Below, one piece after another: positions 39,377 through 49,726 of a stretch of DNA of 64,000 nt (the first letter of the stretch is position 1; every line of letters begins with the position of its first letter). Below the pieces are notes generated by a model. That model saw only the letters and a program-made list of their open reading frames with translations, was not told where the DNA came from and did no database searches. The stretch lies in contig JBKAGE010000039.1 of the NCBI GenBank assembly GCA_046290225.1, positions 32,001 to 96,000 on the forward strand. The letters are read 5' to 3'. A program made the translations under genes and the position numbers. Source of the DNA: Bradymonadia bacterium. GTDB lineage: Bacteria; Myxococcota_A; Bradymonadia; UBA7976; UBA1532.

Positions 39377-40219
39377 ATGAATACCCTGACCATCTCTGCC
39401 CTTGTCGTCCTCGTCACTGCATGCTCTGGCGCCCCAAGAGCTGAAGAGGGTGCACAGGCGGCTGGCGGGGCATCACCGAACACGCAGATTCACCTTGCCT
39501 CCGAGGTCCAGTGGGAGCAGCTCAACCCTGCCCGAGGCGACAAGAGCCCCCGAGCGGCTACGCTGTGGGGTGATCGAAAAGGTGCAGTGGCCACCGGGTT
39601 TCTGGTGCGCTTCGTCGATGGCTTCGAGTCACCACCTCATCTGCACAATGTGGCCTATCGTGGTGTGGTCATCCGTGGGCAAATCCACAACGACGACCCC
39701 TCGGCAGAGGAGATGTGGATGCCCACCGGTTCATTCTGGACCCAACCAGAGGGCGGGGTGCACATCACCTCTGCCAAAGGCGAAGACACCGTGGCCTATA
39801 TCGAGATCGAGCAGGGCCCTTATCTGGTTTTGCCCACTGAGAAGGCCTTCGAGGGCAAGCAGAAACCGGTCAACATCGATGCCTCGAACATTGTGTGGCA
39901 GCCAGTGTCCTCCACACATACTTCGGCCGAGGATCCATACATTGCCCATGTCTGGGGAAAGCCTTGGGGCGAGCACTTGAACGGCGCGCTTCTGAAATGG
40001 CCCGCTGGTTCGACAGTGCATGTGCGTGGCAATGACCAGATGCTCCGTGCAGTGGTGATCGAGGGTGGTGTTCGCCATCCGCTGGCCAGTGAGGCCATGG
40101 CACCGGGGGGTCACCTCGTTTCAGAAGGGGATGGAACGCATCGTCTGACGTGCGAGGCTAAGCCTGGGTGCCTCGTCTACATACGCGCCAGAGGCAGGGT
40201 CGATGTGACCAGACCTTGA
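39377..40219 (+). CDS. DUF4437 cupin-like lipoprotein
   Basis: VTAC lipobox, [32 protein letters not shown]. Confidence 0.78.
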   Translation: MNTLTISALVVLVTACSGAPRAEEGAQAAGGASPNTQIHLASEVQWEQLNPARGDKSPRAATLWGDRKGAVATGFLVRFVDGFESPPHLHNVAYRGVVIRGQIHNDDPSAEEMWMPTGSFWTQPEGGVHITSAKGEDTVAYIEIEQGPYLVLPTEKAFEGKQKPVNIDASNIVWQPVSSTHTSAEDPYIAHVWGKPWGEHLNGALLKWPAGSTVHVRGNDQMLRAVVIEGGVRHPLASEAMAPGGHLVSEGDGTHRLTCEAKPGCLVYIRARGRVDVTRP

Positions 40220-40333
40220 GGCACTTCTGTGAGCGCCTGCACTGGATACGTTGTGCCATACAACCGCAGGGTTTGGTGTTGAGAAGCATGTGCCTTCTGG
40301 CGTGTGGTCGAGGCATCAACTACGTTTCGCCGC

Positions 40334-41626
40334 ATGAAGACGCGCTGGATCTCTGTCGTGGTGTTGTTGACGTGCGGCTGCACTCACATCAACAAAGCAT
40401 CATCCCCACCCGAAGCTGAGTTGACTGCACCTGCCCTCGAAGCCAGCCTGAAGGTGGTCGTCGACGGGCCCGGCTCGGTCTCTGTCGAGGGCCGAGCGCG
40501 CTATCATGTGCCCGCCGCGCCCTCGCGCACCTTGATCCTCGATGCGCCCGACTATGATGAGGTGACGGTCACTGGGCCATCAGGGGTTGCTGGGCGGTAC
40601 GATGGCGAGCGCATCACCATCAATTACGGGCAAATGCCACCTGAGTTGCCCGACGTCACCTTTACGATCGAATACACCACCCGCCCTGCCAAAGGCGTCG
40701 TTGTTTCTGAGCGTGGTGTCTGGACTGCGTTCTCGACCTGGCACTGGTTGCCTGTGAAGAAAGATCCGAGTTGGCGTGTACGCGCACAGTTGCACGTACA
40801 AGGGCCCCAAGGGTGGACCACTCTGGCGACAGGTGACGGGCCGGAGCGCCCCGGGCCAGACATCGCGAGCCACCTCCCTCATCCGGCATACACGCTCGGC
40901 TTCGTGTCAGGCCAGCTTGCTTCGGAGGTGCGTCGCGGGCCGCACTCAGTGTGGGGCTTGCCCCCAGATCAGGCGCAACATGTGCTCGAACTGACCGAGC
41001 AGGCCCACGCTCGGTTGAAGGCGCGCTTCGGCGATGTGTGGGCCCTACCCCATGGCTATGTGCAGGTCTTCGTGCCCGGTCGGGCGATGCAGGAGCTCGC
41101 GGGCATGGCGTTCTTGTCGGGCAAGTACATCGACACGATCGTCAAAGACCCCAAAGAAGACTGGTTGATCGTGCACGAGCTGGCCCATCAGCTGTGGGGC
41201 AACCTCGTCACGTGCAAGACCTGGGGGGACTTCTGGCTCAACGAGGCCGTGGTGACGTGGTGGGTTGGGCACGACAAAGGCCTGCGAGGTGACGAGGCTG
41301 GCCATCAACGAGAGCTGGCTCTGTGGCAGAAGCGTACAGCTCGCACGCTCACCCGGGGCGGAGATGTGAGGATCCATCGGCCCGGGGTCTCCGAGGCCGA
41401 GGCTGGAGGCAGCATCGTCTACAACGCTGGGGCGACCCTCATTGAACGGATCGCGGTCATGATGGGGCATGAAGCGTTCGAGCGCCGGCTGGCCGCCTGG
41501 ATGCGGGCGGGTCTCACAGAAGGCGTCTCTCTCGGGACCTCGGACTTCATCGAGTCGCTCGAACTCGAGGGGCATCGGGAGACCGAGGTGCTTCGCATGT
41601 TGAAGGATGCACACACGCTGCAGTGA
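40334..41626 (+). CDS. M1 family Zn aminopeptidase, exported
   Basis: RAMQE, HELAHQLWGNLVT, WLNEA, VYNAGA. Confidence 0.85.
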   Translation: MKTRWISVVVLLTCGCTHINKASSPPEAELTAPALEASLKVVVDGPGSVSVEGRARYHVPAAPSRTLILDAPDYDEVTVTGPSGVAGRYDGERITINYGQMPPELPDVTFTIEYTTRPAKGVVVSERGVWTAFSTWHWLPVKKDPSWRVRAQLHVQGPQGWTTLATGDGPERPGPDIASHLPHPAYTLGFVSGQLASEVRRGPHSVWGLPPDQAQHVLELTEQAHARLKARFGDVWALPHGYVQVFVPGRAMQELAGMAFLSGKYIDTIVKDPKEDWLIVHELAHQLWGNLVTCKTWGDFWLNEAVVTWWVGHDKGLRGDEAGHQRELALWQKRTARTLTRGGDVRIHRPGVSEAEAGGSIVYNAGATLIERIAVMMGHEAFERRLAAWMRAGLTEGVSLGTSDFIESLELEGHRETEVLRMLKDAHTLQ

Positions 41627-41724
41627 GGCAGGTCGTCTTCTTTGCCCGATGACCCTTGCCCACGGCAGTCAGCGTCGTTCACTGTGATGCCCACTGCCGG
41701 CATTCACCTCGGCAAGGAGGCACT

Positions 41725-42867
41725 GTGATCCCGCGCACACTCTTCGACGCACAACATGAGATCTTTCGGCGCAGCGTGAGAAGCTTCGTTGAGCAGGAGA
41801 TCACCCCCCACCATCACGACTGGGAGAAAGCCGGCGTGGTGCCTCGGGAGATCTGGCTCGAAGCCGGCAAGCTGGGCCTGCTCTGCCCGAATGCCCCCGA
41901 GGCCTATGGGGGCTTTGGCGCGGACTACCTCTACAACGTCATCGTGAGTGAAGAGCTGATCCGTGCCGGCGCCACCGGACCGGGCTTCATGCTGCATTCG
42001 GACATCGTGCTGCCCTACATCGTGCATCACGGCACCGAGGCGCAGAAGACGCAGTGGATCCCCAAGATGGTCACGGGCGAAGTGATCACCGCCATCGCCA
42101 TGAGCGAGCCCGGGGCCGGCAGCGACTTGCAGGGGCTGCGCACCACGGCCATCAAAGATGGCGACGAATACGTGCTCAATGGCGCCAAGACCTTCATCAC
42201 CAACGGGCAGCTCTGCGACCTGGTCATCGTCGCCGCCAAGACCGATCCCAGCCAGGGGGCAGCGGGCGTTTCGCTGTTCCTCGTCGAGACCAACCGCCCG
42301 GGTTTCACCCGAGGCACCAACCTCGACAAGATCGGCATGAAGGCCCAGGACACTTCTGAGCTGTTCTTCGAAGACGTGCGGCTGCCCGAGAGCGCGCTCC
42401 TGGGGCCTGAGGGTGGGGGCTTCTTCTTGCTGATGCAGGAGCTGGTGCAAGAGCGCCTCGCTGTGGCCGTGGTGGCGCTGGCCAGCGCGGAGGCTGCCGT
42501 GGACTGGACGATCACCTATGTGAAAGAGCGCGAAGCCTTTGGCCGACCCATTGCCAAGTTCCAGAACACGCGCTTCAAGCTCGCCGACGCCTCGGCCCAG
42601 GTCACTGTAGGGCGCGCCTTTGTCGATCGCTGCCTTGAGCTGCACCTGAAGGGTGAGCTCGACGTACCTACGGCGGCGCAGGCCAAGCTGTGGACCACGG
42701 AGATGCAGTTCGAGGTGCTCGACACCTGTCTGCAGCTCTTCGGCGGCTATGGCTACATGACCGAGACCCCCATCGCTCGGGCCTGGGCCGACGCTCGGGT
42801 GCAGCGCATCTGGGCAGGCACCTCGGAGATCATGCGCGAGCTTGTGGCCAGGGCGTTGCTGAGCTGA
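41725..42867 (+). CDS. Long-chain acyl-CoA dehydrogenase
   Basis: AAGGAGG RBS, AMSEPGAGSDL, KTFITNG, AQDTSELFF, QERL, QLFGGYGY, GTSEIM. Confidence 0.93.
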   Translation: MIPRTLFDAQHEIFRRSVRSFVEQEITPHHHDWEKAGVVPREIWLEAGKLGLLCPNAPEAYGGFGADYLYNVIVSEELIRAGATGPGFMLHSDIVLPYIVHHGTEAQKTQWIPKMVTGEVITAIAMSEPGAGSDLQGLRTTAIKDGDEYVLNGAKTFITNGQLCDLVIVAAKTDPSQGAAGVSLFLVETNRPGFTRGTNLDKIGMKAQDTSELFFEDVRLPESALLGPEGGGFFLLMQELVQERLAVAVVALASAEAAVDWTITYVKEREAFGRPIAKFQNTRFKLADASAQVTVGRAFVDRCLELHLKGELDVPTAAQAKLWTTEMQFEVLDTCLQLFGGYGYMTETPIARAWADARVQRIWAGTSEIMRELVARALLS

Positions 42868-42998
42868 ATATCGAGGCTGGTGGGGGGCTGAGCGATACAA
42901 TCAGGTCAGTATTCGAGACGAACACCGCCTGTTTGTGAGCCGTGTGAGAGCTATTGTGTCGTTTGTCTTGACGAACGCCAGCAATAAAGGAGCCTCAC

Positions 42999-43958
42999 AT
43001 GGGTGCCAAGAAGAAGAACCCCTTTGGTCCAAAAGGTTGGACACCGGAGCGCCTCGGTGATCTCACGGGGAAGACCTATCTGATCACAGGTGCCAACGCC
43101 GGCGCTGGATTCCAGGCGGCGCGGACCCTGCTCAAGAGAGACGCCGAGGTTGTGATACTCAACCGCTCGGTGGAGAAGTCGCAGGCCGCCATTGAGGCGC
43201 TCCAAGAAGAGTTCGGGACTGATGTCCGGGTGAGTTTCATCCGCATGGATCTCGCGTCGTTGGCGAGCGTGCGCGCCGCAGGGGCCCAGGTGCTGAAGAC
43301 TGTGCCCCGGATCGACGCGCTCATCTGCAATACCGCCATCGCTCAGGTGCCGACCCAGAGGCTCACCGAGGATGGTTTCGAGAGCATGCTGGGCACGAAC
43401 CACTATGGTCACTTCCTGCTCTGCGGACTCATCTACCCGCGCATCGAGGCATCTAAGGGTCGCATCGTGGTGGTCGCGAGCCTCGGCTACAAAATGGGCA
43501 TCAAGACCATCCAGTTCGACGATATGAACTGGGACCACAACTACAACCAGAACAGCACCTATTCGCAGAGCAAACTGGCCCAGATGATGTTCGCCTACGA
43601 GCTGCAGGACAGGCTGGCCGCGGCGAACCGGACCGATGTCGAGGTCTATGTCTGCCATCCTGGCTCGTCGCGGACCTCCCTCATCAAAACCAGCGGCAAC
43701 CTGATGACCCGATTCGCCTTCGGGCTCATGTCCCTGTCGCCGATGGTGCAGTCAGCGGAGAGGGGCGCCTGGCCCGAGGTCATGTGTGCCACCGAGAGCG
43801 ACCTGGAGCAGAGGGCCCTCTATGGTCCAACAGGCCGCATGGAGTGGGTCGGGCCGGTGGGCCAGGGCACCCTGGAGCCCTATGCCTACGACAAGGCCGT
43901 CATGGAGCGACTTTGGGCGCTGTCCGAGCGAGAAACCGGCATTGAGTGGCACCTCTGA
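42999..43958 (+). CDS. SDR family oxidoreductase
   Basis: TGANAGAG, DGFESMLGTNHYGHF, YSQSK. Confidence 0.9.
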   Translation: MGAKKKNPFGPKGWTPERLGDLTGKTYLITGANAGAGFQAARTLLKRDAEVVILNRSVEKSQAAIEALQEEFGTDVRVSFIRMDLASLASVRAAGAQVLKTVPRIDALICNTAIAQVPTQRLTEDGFESMLGTNHYGHFLLCGLIYPRIEASKGRIVVVASLGYKMGIKTIQFDDMNWDHNYNQNSTYSQSKLAQMMFAYELQDRLAAANRTDVEVYVCHPGSSRTSLIKTSGNLMTRFAFGLMSLSPMVQSAERGAWPEVMCATESDLEQRALYGPTGRMEWVGPVGQGTLEPYAYDKAVMERLWALSERETGIEWHL

Positions 43959-44015
43959 CGGAGTCGCATGTCTGAATCGACCGAACCTCTCGCAGACCGG
44001 TCGACGAAGTACAGA

Positions 44016-44888
44016 TCAGGCGCCGAAGACTGAGTGGGTCTTCACGAATGCCAAGAACGCTCGGGTCACTGGGTTGGGGTTCGGTGGATACACGAAGAGG
44101 ACCGGCGCCGCGTTGACCAGAGTCGGCATCACCTGCGCAGCTCGCCCAGAATCCAACACGCCCACAGCCTGGAGTCTGGGGAGACGGGCGATGCCCACAC
44201 CCTCCAACATCAGTTCGAAGGCTGCCACCACCGAGTTGGTCACGGCCACAGGAGGCGGGGTCTGCACCCGTCGACCGTCGGGCCAGCGCCAGGGCGCAAC
44301 CCGGCCTTCGAGATCCCGCAGCATGATGACGCTGTGAGCGTCGAGATCCTCTGCTGACTCCGGGATGCCCCGAGCGTTCAGGTAGTTGGCGCTGGCGCAC
44401 AGGATGAGCTGCTCTCCATACAGCGGCTGCCCGCGGAGATCGGGGTTGAGTCGAGTGCCGTACTGCATGGCCACGTCGAAGGTGCCCACCTCGAGGCGTC
44501 TCACGTCTCGGGCAAACTCCACATCGAGCACCACGTCGGGATAGGTGCGGTGAAAGGCGGCGAGGGAGGGGGTCAAGAAGCGGCTCGCCCCCAGAAACGG
44601 CAACGCCAGCCGCAGCCGGCCCACAAGGCGCCCCGAAGTCTCGTGCAGCTCCTGCTCCACCCGGTCCAAAGCCTCGAGCACGGGCGTGAGGCCTTGAGCA
44701 TACCGGTGACCTGCTTCGGTGAGCGCCAGCCGCTTGCCTGCTCGGTGCACCAGGGCGATGCCCAGCCTGGCTTCGAGGGCATCGAGACGGCGCATCACTG
44801 TGGAGCGGGAGACGTCGAGCAGCCGCGCTGTGCGGGCGAGGCTGCCCGCTTCGGCGAAGGCCACGAAGAGTCGCTGATCGTCAATCAT
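44016..44888 (-). CDS. LysR-family transcriptional regulator
   Basis: GSLARTARLLDVSRSTVMRRLDALE. True start taken at ATG 44888; T-N11-A-type box TGTCCAAATTCGCAACA at 44888-44904. Confidence 0.88.
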   Translation of the reverse strand: MIDDQRLFVAFAEAGSLARTARLLDVSRSTVMRRLDALEARLGIALVHRAGKRLALTEAGHRYAQGLTPVLEALDRVEQELHETSGRLVGRLRLALPFLGASRFLTPSLAAFHRTYPDVVLDVEFARDVRRLEVGTFDVAMQYGTRLNPDLRGQPLYGEQLILCASANYLNARGIPESAEDLDAHSVIMLRDLEGRVAPWRWPDGRRVQTPPPVAVTNSVVAAFELMLEGVGIARLPRLQAVGVLDSGRAAQVMPTLVNAAPVLFVYPPNPNPVTRAFLAFVKTHSVFGA

Positions 44889-44960
44889 GTCCAAATTCGC
44901 AACAAGTAGGCCCGAGTTTGTCGCATTGACGCTACAGATGCTCGACCCTACCGTTGAGGC

Positions 44961-45413
44961 ATGAGCGAGACAATGACATTGAAGAACGTCTGGCGCCGAC
45001 TCCAAGAGCACGGCGGTCTGATCGCCACCCTGGGCATCGAGGGCGCCCTCGAGGACGGCGTCGTCGTGGGACGCATGCCCATCGACCGGGGCCACACTGG
45101 TGCCCCTGGCATTGCCCATGGTGGCTCTCTGATGGCGCTGCTCGATACGACCCTCGGCGGCGTGGCGCTGATGCACGCTCTGCAGCGTCAGAGGGCCACG
45201 AGCACGGTGGAGATGAAGGTGAACTTCCTGCGGCCCGTGCCTGAAGGGGAGACGGTGGTGGCTCGGGCCAGCCTTCAGTCCGCGGGGAAGTCGCTGATGG
45301 TGATTACGGGGACGGCAGAGCTGGAGTCATCTGGAGAGCCCGTGGCGTTCGCCGTGGGCACCTTCAACTTGTTCTCGCTCGAGAAGATGCAGACCTTCGA
45401 CGACCCTGCTTGA
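44961..45413 (+). CDS. PaaI family thioesterase
   Basis: GIAHGG..ALLD, TVEMKVNFLRP. Confidence 0.88.
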   Translation: MSETMTLKNVWRRLQEHGGLIATLGIEGALEDGVVVGRMPIDRGHTGAPGIAHGGSLMALLDTTLGGVALMHALQRQRATSTVEMKVNFLRPVPEGETVVARASLQSAGKSLMVITGTAELESSGEPVAFAVGTFNLFSLEKMQTFDDPA

Positions 45414-45578
45414 AGCCCTTCTGGCTGGCCGAGAGCAGGCGAGTCTCCTGAGACATCCGCCCTGAGACGCGCACACTGCGCTGTGTGGCCCCACTGTCAC
45501 AGTCTCCGACCGTGTCAGGGCGTTTCTGTGCTGGTCCGCTGATTGCACACTCCCATGAGCAAACCATCAGGGGAGATC

Positions 45579-46532
45579 ATGCGACGCTTCACCCACCTGA
45601 CCATTTTGTTGTTGTTGCCCCTGGTGGGATGCGCGGATGCGGAGACAGCAGATCCCAACTCTGAAGCTGAGGGTGACCCTGGCGCAGGGGTCCCCGTGCC
45701 ACCCAACCAGCGGAACAGCTGTGTCCTGCCCCCTCAGGGTCGATGTGATGGCAACACGTACTCGTGGTGTGAAGAGGGGCAGACCCAGAGCATCAGGTGC
45801 GATCAGGCAGGCCTGGTGTGTGGCACCAACGCATATGCTTCGCTCGGCTGCGTCGCCCCTCAGATGGGCGCAGAGCCAAACCCGGATCCGGGCGTTGAGC
45901 CCCCTGCCGGAGGCCAGTGCGAGGGCCTGGAGGTGCCTCGCTGCAACGGCAACATCGCCGAGTGGTGCGAGGGCGGTCAGGTCCGACGTGAAGACTGTGC
46001 TCAATCAGGCGGCGCCTGTGTGTGGCACGCCGAGTTCGGATGGGGCTGTGGCGATGGAGCGCCCGGAGAGATGCCCGACCCGAGTCAGCCTGATCCTGGT
46101 CAGCCTGATCCTGGTCAGCCTGATCCTGAGCCCAGCCCCGGCATGGGATGTGACGGCGTCGGCGAGCAGGGCCGATGCGATGGTGACGTGGCGATCTGGT
46201 GCGAGAATGGCCAGGCGATGCGCCTCGACTGTAGAGCGCAACTCAACACCGGGTGCGGGCTCGCCGAGGGGTACTACGATTGCCTCGAGCCGCCCAACGG
46301 CAACCCGAACCCTGATCCGAACCCACAACCAGACCCCAACCCCCAACCAGATCCGGACCCCCAACCAGATCCTCAGCCCAACCCGCAAGGGTGCGGCAAC
46401 GTCTCAGAAGAAGGGGAGTGCCAGGGGAGCGTGCTTCGATACTGCGAAGATGGCCAGCTCTGGCAAGAGGACTGCGCCATGCTCGGCATGATGTGCGGTC
46501 AGGTGGATCAGTCCTTCTACGACTGTCAGTGA
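45579..46532 (+). CDS. Lipoprotein with four 6-Cys repeat modules and Pro-rich linkers
   Basis: LVGC lipobox; module C-x6/7-(R/E)C-x-G-x4-(W/Y)CE-x-GQ-x5-C-x6/7-C-x8/9-C, four copies. Confidence 0.8.
   Translation: MRRFTHLTILLLLPLVGCADAETADPNSEAEGDPGAGVPVPPNQRNSCVLPPQGRCDGNTYSWCEEGQTQSIRCDQAGLVCGTNAYASLGCVAPQMGAEPNPDPGVEPPAGGQCEGLEVPRCNGNIAEWCEGGQVRREDCAQSGGACVWHAEFGWGCGDGAPGEMPDPSQPDPGQPDPGQPDPEPSPGMGCDGVGEQGRCDGDVAIWCENGQAMRLDCRAQLNTGCGLAEGYYDCLEPPNGNPNPDPNPQPDPNPQPDPDPQPDPQPNPQGCGNVSEEGECQGSVLRYCEDGQLWQEDCAMLGMMCGQVDQSFYDCQ
46084..46128 (+). repeat. Perfect 15-bp tandem repeat x3 (coding QPDPG)
   Basis: GTCAGCCTGATCCTG x3. Degenerate 18-bp PNPQPD repeats also occur at about 46300-46390. 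Confidence 0.9.
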
Positions 46533-46573
46533 GCCGGGGCCACCTGTAGGCATCATGGGCTGGGTGGTCGACC

Positions 46574-49132
46574 TCAGGGGCTCGCGGGGTAGATGATCCC
46601 GCCCAATGTCAGCCACGTCTGATTCGGTCCGCTCCGGAACAGCACGAAGAGCTGACCATCGGTGGTCACGTCGACGCGGCCCGTCCCGCCTGCGTCGGTG
46701 GTGGTGAAGATCTCCCGCGCTGCGGGCCGGCAGGCTTCGGGCAGGGTGCCGAACTGCACGCTGTTGTTCACGCCGTAAACCAGCCCCGAGACCACACACA
46801 GGCCACCTTGTCGCGTCACTCGAGGCTCTGTGAAAACGTTGTTGGGCGGTGGTGTCCACCCAGCGAGGAGCTCTACACCCAGATCCTCGTCGTCCACCAC
46901 GAACTGAATGCCGTCGAGGCTGAGCCAGGTGGTCTGGTTCCCGGCCACGTGAATGATGTTGCCATCAGCAGTGACGTCGAGTCGTGTGGCGGTGCCGTGC
47001 TGGCTCGTGGTGAAGATGAGTCGGCCCGTGGGGCGGCAGTCTTCGGGCAGTCGAGTCAACACTGTGCCGAGATTTTGCGGCTGGCCGCGTACGAGCCCGG
47101 AGACGACGCACAGGCGCCCTTCACGGCGCACTGAGGGCGTACGGTAGCCAGACTCGTAGGGGGCCCAGTCGTTCTGAAGCGCCACCGCTTCCCCCGAGGC
47201 GGGATGGAAGGCGATGCCTGCAAGGCTGACCCAACCCACCAGCTGGCCAGTGACGAGGTACACCCGGCCATCGGCGAGGACGTCGATTCGGGAGAGGCCC
47301 CCATTGGCGTTGGTCTGGAAGATGAGGCGGGCCTCGGGCCGGCAGTCCTCGGGCAGCGTCGTGATCACCGAGTTGAGCTGGTTGCCCAGGAGCAGACCAG
47401 AGAGCACGCACATCTCTCCGGCGCGGGTCACCGAGGGGGTGCCATAGATGCTGCCATAGGGCTGCCAGGCGGCGGTGAGTTCGAGTGGGGTGGAGATGGC
47501 GTTGCGGATCTCGACGTCTACGGTGGCGGTGGCGCCGAGATCGTCGGTGACCTGCAAGCGGTCGACGACCTCGGTGGTGGGCCCCGGCACATACTCGCCG
47601 GTCTCGGCGTCGATGGCGCCTCCGGAGCGGTTCTCTACAAAGGCGTATCGATATGTGCCGAACCCGCCTGCCGCGACGAGGGACACCGTCTCACCAGGGA
47701 GCGCGATGTTCGCCGAAGCGTTCAAGGAGAGCTGCTGTGCTGTGGAGCAGTCAGGGTTGCAGGCACCTGGGAAGCCCTGGTTGTCGCCAGTGTCGCAGGC
47801 CTCGCCATTGTCGAGCACGCCGTCACCACATGCAGGCAGGACACAGTCCGCTCGGCAAGTGTTGGGCCGATCGCCATTGATCTCGCCCTGGTCGCAGGCC
47901 TCACCTTCGTCGATGATGGCGTCACCACAGGTGGGCAGCCGGCAGTTGGGGCGGCAGGCGTTGGGGCGATAGGCGTTGCTTTCGCCGTCGTCGCATTGCT
48001 CCCCTGCGTCAGGGGTACCGTTGCCGCAGGCGAGCTCGCCATTGGCGCAGCACTGTGCAAAGGCCGACTTCTCGCCCTGCTCGCCTCTGAAGCGCACCTG
48101 CCACCCGTCGGCAGTGGGCATCGACGCCCGGGGGTGGGCTCCTGCGTCGCCGGTGTCATAGCCGCCAGCCACGGCCACCGTGCCCGCGGGGCAGCGTGCC
48201 GTCGCGGTGCAGTCCTCACCGATGCAGACGGCTTGCACTTGCACACACACCAGGGGGCCAGCGGCCTGTCCCGCAGGCCCTACGGGGCCTTGCACACCTG
48301 CGGGGCCTTGCACACCTGCGGGGCCAATGGGCCCTTGAGGCCCTGCGGGACCCTGCACGCCGATGGGTCCGACCTCACCGGGGCTGCCCGGCGGTCCGGC
48401 GGGCCCCTCCGCACCCGCGGGCCCAGCGGGACCCTCCGCCCCTGCAGGCCCTTCGGGACCGACAGGCCCAGGGGGGCCTGCTGCGCCCTCAGGCCCTGCG
48501 GGGCCCATGGGGCCGACGTCGCCTGGAGAGCCCTGTGGCCCCACGGGGCCCTGAGGACCTTCCGAACCAGCGGGTCCCATTGGGCCTTGCGCACCAGCAG
48601 GGCCTTCAGGGCCAGCGGGGCCCTCCGCACCAGCAGGGCCCTCAGGACCCTCAGGGCCTGCAAGGCCCGATGGATCACCCACCCAGCGACCTTCCGCGTC
48701 GATGACGAGGGTGTCGCCGATGCTGACGCTTGCCGGGTGGATCGCCTGATCGATGACGTCGACGGCGAGATCGGCCACCAGAGCCCGAGGCACCGCGCTG
48801 ATGGGCTGCGCCCCGAGAGGCTCTCCATCGAGGGTCACGGACAAATACAACGCATCTTCTGCCCAGACATCCGTGGGCAGAGGCTCAATGGCCCCCAGGG
48901 GCACCAGGATCTGACCGGCGATCACCTCGGCGTCAGGCCAGGTCTCCGACCACACCGGATCTGCCTCCTCGTCGCCGACGTGCACCGCGAAGGTGAGCGT
49001 CACGGGCCCTTCAAGGGGGGTGCCGTCATCGGCTGTGAGGGTACCGTCGAAGGTGAGGGTGGGCTGGGCGAAGGCCGGCGTCATCAGCAACGCGAGCAAC
49101 AGGCATGTGAACAGCGCGCTTCGATTCATCAT
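46574..49132 (-). CDS. Secreted collagen-like fibre protein with myxococcal Cys-rich repeats and three C-terminal beta-rich repeats
   Basis: Signal peptide (AFA-Q), about 45 uninterrupted Gly-X-Y triplets, [13 protein letters not shown] repeats x3, an Ig-like segment, and three ~98-aa repeats containing LPE(D/A)CRP. Confidence 0.85.
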   Translation of the reverse strand: MMNRSALFTCLLLALLMTPAFAQPTLTFDGTLTADDGTPLEGPVTLTFAVHVGDEEADPVWSETWPDAEVIAGQILVPLGAIEPLPTDVWAEDALYLSVTLDGEPLGAQPISAVPRALVADLAVDVIDQAIHPASVSIGDTLVIDAEGRWVGDPSGLAGPEGPEGPAGAEGPAGPEGPAGAQGPMGPAGSEGPQGPVGPQGSPGDVGPMGPAGPEGAAGPPGPVGPEGPAGAEGPAGPAGAEGPAGPPGSPGEVGPIGVQGPAGPQGPIGPAGVQGPAGVQGPVGPAGQAAGPLVCVQVQAVCIGEDCTATARCPAGTVAVAGGYDTGDAGAHPRASMPTADGWQVRFRGEQGEKSAFAQCCANGELACGNGTPDAGEQCDDGESNAYRPNACRPNCRLPTCGDAIIDEGEACDQGEINGDRPNTCRADCVLPACGDGVLDNGEACDTGDNQGFPGACNPDCSTAQQLSLNASANIALPGETVSLVAAGGFGTYRYAFVENRSGGAIDAETGEYVPGPTTEVVDRLQVTDDLGATATVDVEIRNAISTPLELTAAWQPYGSIYGTPSVTRAGEMCVLSGLLLGNQLNSVITTLPEDCRPEARLIFQTNANGGLSRIDVLADGRVYLVTGQLVGWVSLAGIAFHPASGEAVALQNDWAPYESGYRTPSVRREGRLCVVSGLVRGQPQNLGTVLTRLPEDCRPTGRLIFTTSQHGTATRLDVTADGNIIHVAGNQTTWLSLDGIQFVVDDEDLGVELLAGWTPPPNNVFTEPRVTRQGGLCVVSGLVYGVNNSVQFGTLPEACRPAAREIFTTTDAGGTGRVDVTTDGQLFVLFRSGPNQTWLTLGGIIYPASP
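48263..48667 (-). repeat. Collagen Gly-X-Y repeat region
   Basis: [12 protein letters not shown] ... GPV-GPA-GQA, about 45 triplets. Confidence 0.92.
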
Positions 49133-49473
49133 GGGGTCAGGCTCCCTCTCAGGCGTACGTTCGTGCCTCTGAATTCATAGGTGGGCAGGCCGCGGCCTGT
49201 AGGGCCACCGGTCCATGGCAAGCGACCGGGCCTCTGTGGGATCGAAGCGATCCCCAGATCAGCGGCGCTCGCATCTGCTTCCGGGCCAGCGTCAATGGGT
49301 AGAGCATCTACCCCCGCGTCTGTGGGGGCCGAGCCATCAGCAGTGGAACCATCTGTGCTCGAAGCATCGCTCGAGCCACCGTCTGGTGTTGTCTCTGCGG
49401 AGCCACCGCTGTCATCACAGGCGGCCACAGTGAGTCCGACTGTGAGGACGGCGAGCATCCACGAGGTGGGCAT
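49129..49473 (-). CDS. Small stalk-like lipoprotein translationally coupled to the collagen-like gene
   Basis: GGAGGGAG RBS, VAAC-DDS lipobox, D/S/A linker, ATGA overlap at 49132-49129. Confidence 0.6.
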   Translation of the reverse strand: MPTSWMLAVLTVGLTVAACDDSGGSAETTPDGGSSDASSTDGSTADGSAPTDAGVDALPIDAGPEADASAADLGIASIPQRPGRLPWTGGPTGRGLPTYEFRGTNVRLRGSLTP

Positions 49474-49612
49474 GTGCACGGTCTCCCTCCCGAGTCCGTT
49501 GAGCGTCGCGCCATGGTAGTGATCGGCTTGCCCTGTGGGCAAACGGCACGTAGAGCACCCACCCAATCGAAAAAGAGGACCCGCCCGTGGCTGTGGGGCC
49601 TGCCCCAACAGC

Positions 49613-49681
49613 CTGGGGCTGTCTCCTGAGGCAAAGAGTTGCTTCCTCGGCGGCAATGCCGCGCGTATCTTCGGGCTCTGA
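49613..49681 (+). pseudogene. Possible 3' remnant of an amidohydrolase gene
   Basis: Reads LGLSPEAKSCFLGGNAARIFGL*, resembling Amidohydro_2 C-termini; no upstream gene body. Confidence 0.45.
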
Positions 49682-49726
49682 GGCGTCTCGGGCGCCTCGC
49701 ACCACCCCCTTCTCATTGGAGCATAC

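Noticed and set aside
44889..45176. N-terminal extension of the LysR ORF in the ORF track (similarly 58275-58883 for the DsbA gene)
   Set aside because: Overlaps divergent real genes; family homology starts at the downstream ATG.
46084..46390. Short tandem repeats as a possible CRISPR array
   Set aside because: No unique spacers, in-frame coding for Pro linkers, no cas genes.
47204..49180. Long opposite-strand ORFs (658 aa here; also 20326-21903, 51609-52997, 3952-5220, 41704-42900)
   Set aside because: Antisense shadows of well-supported genes, expected from high-GC codon bias; no recognisable motifs.
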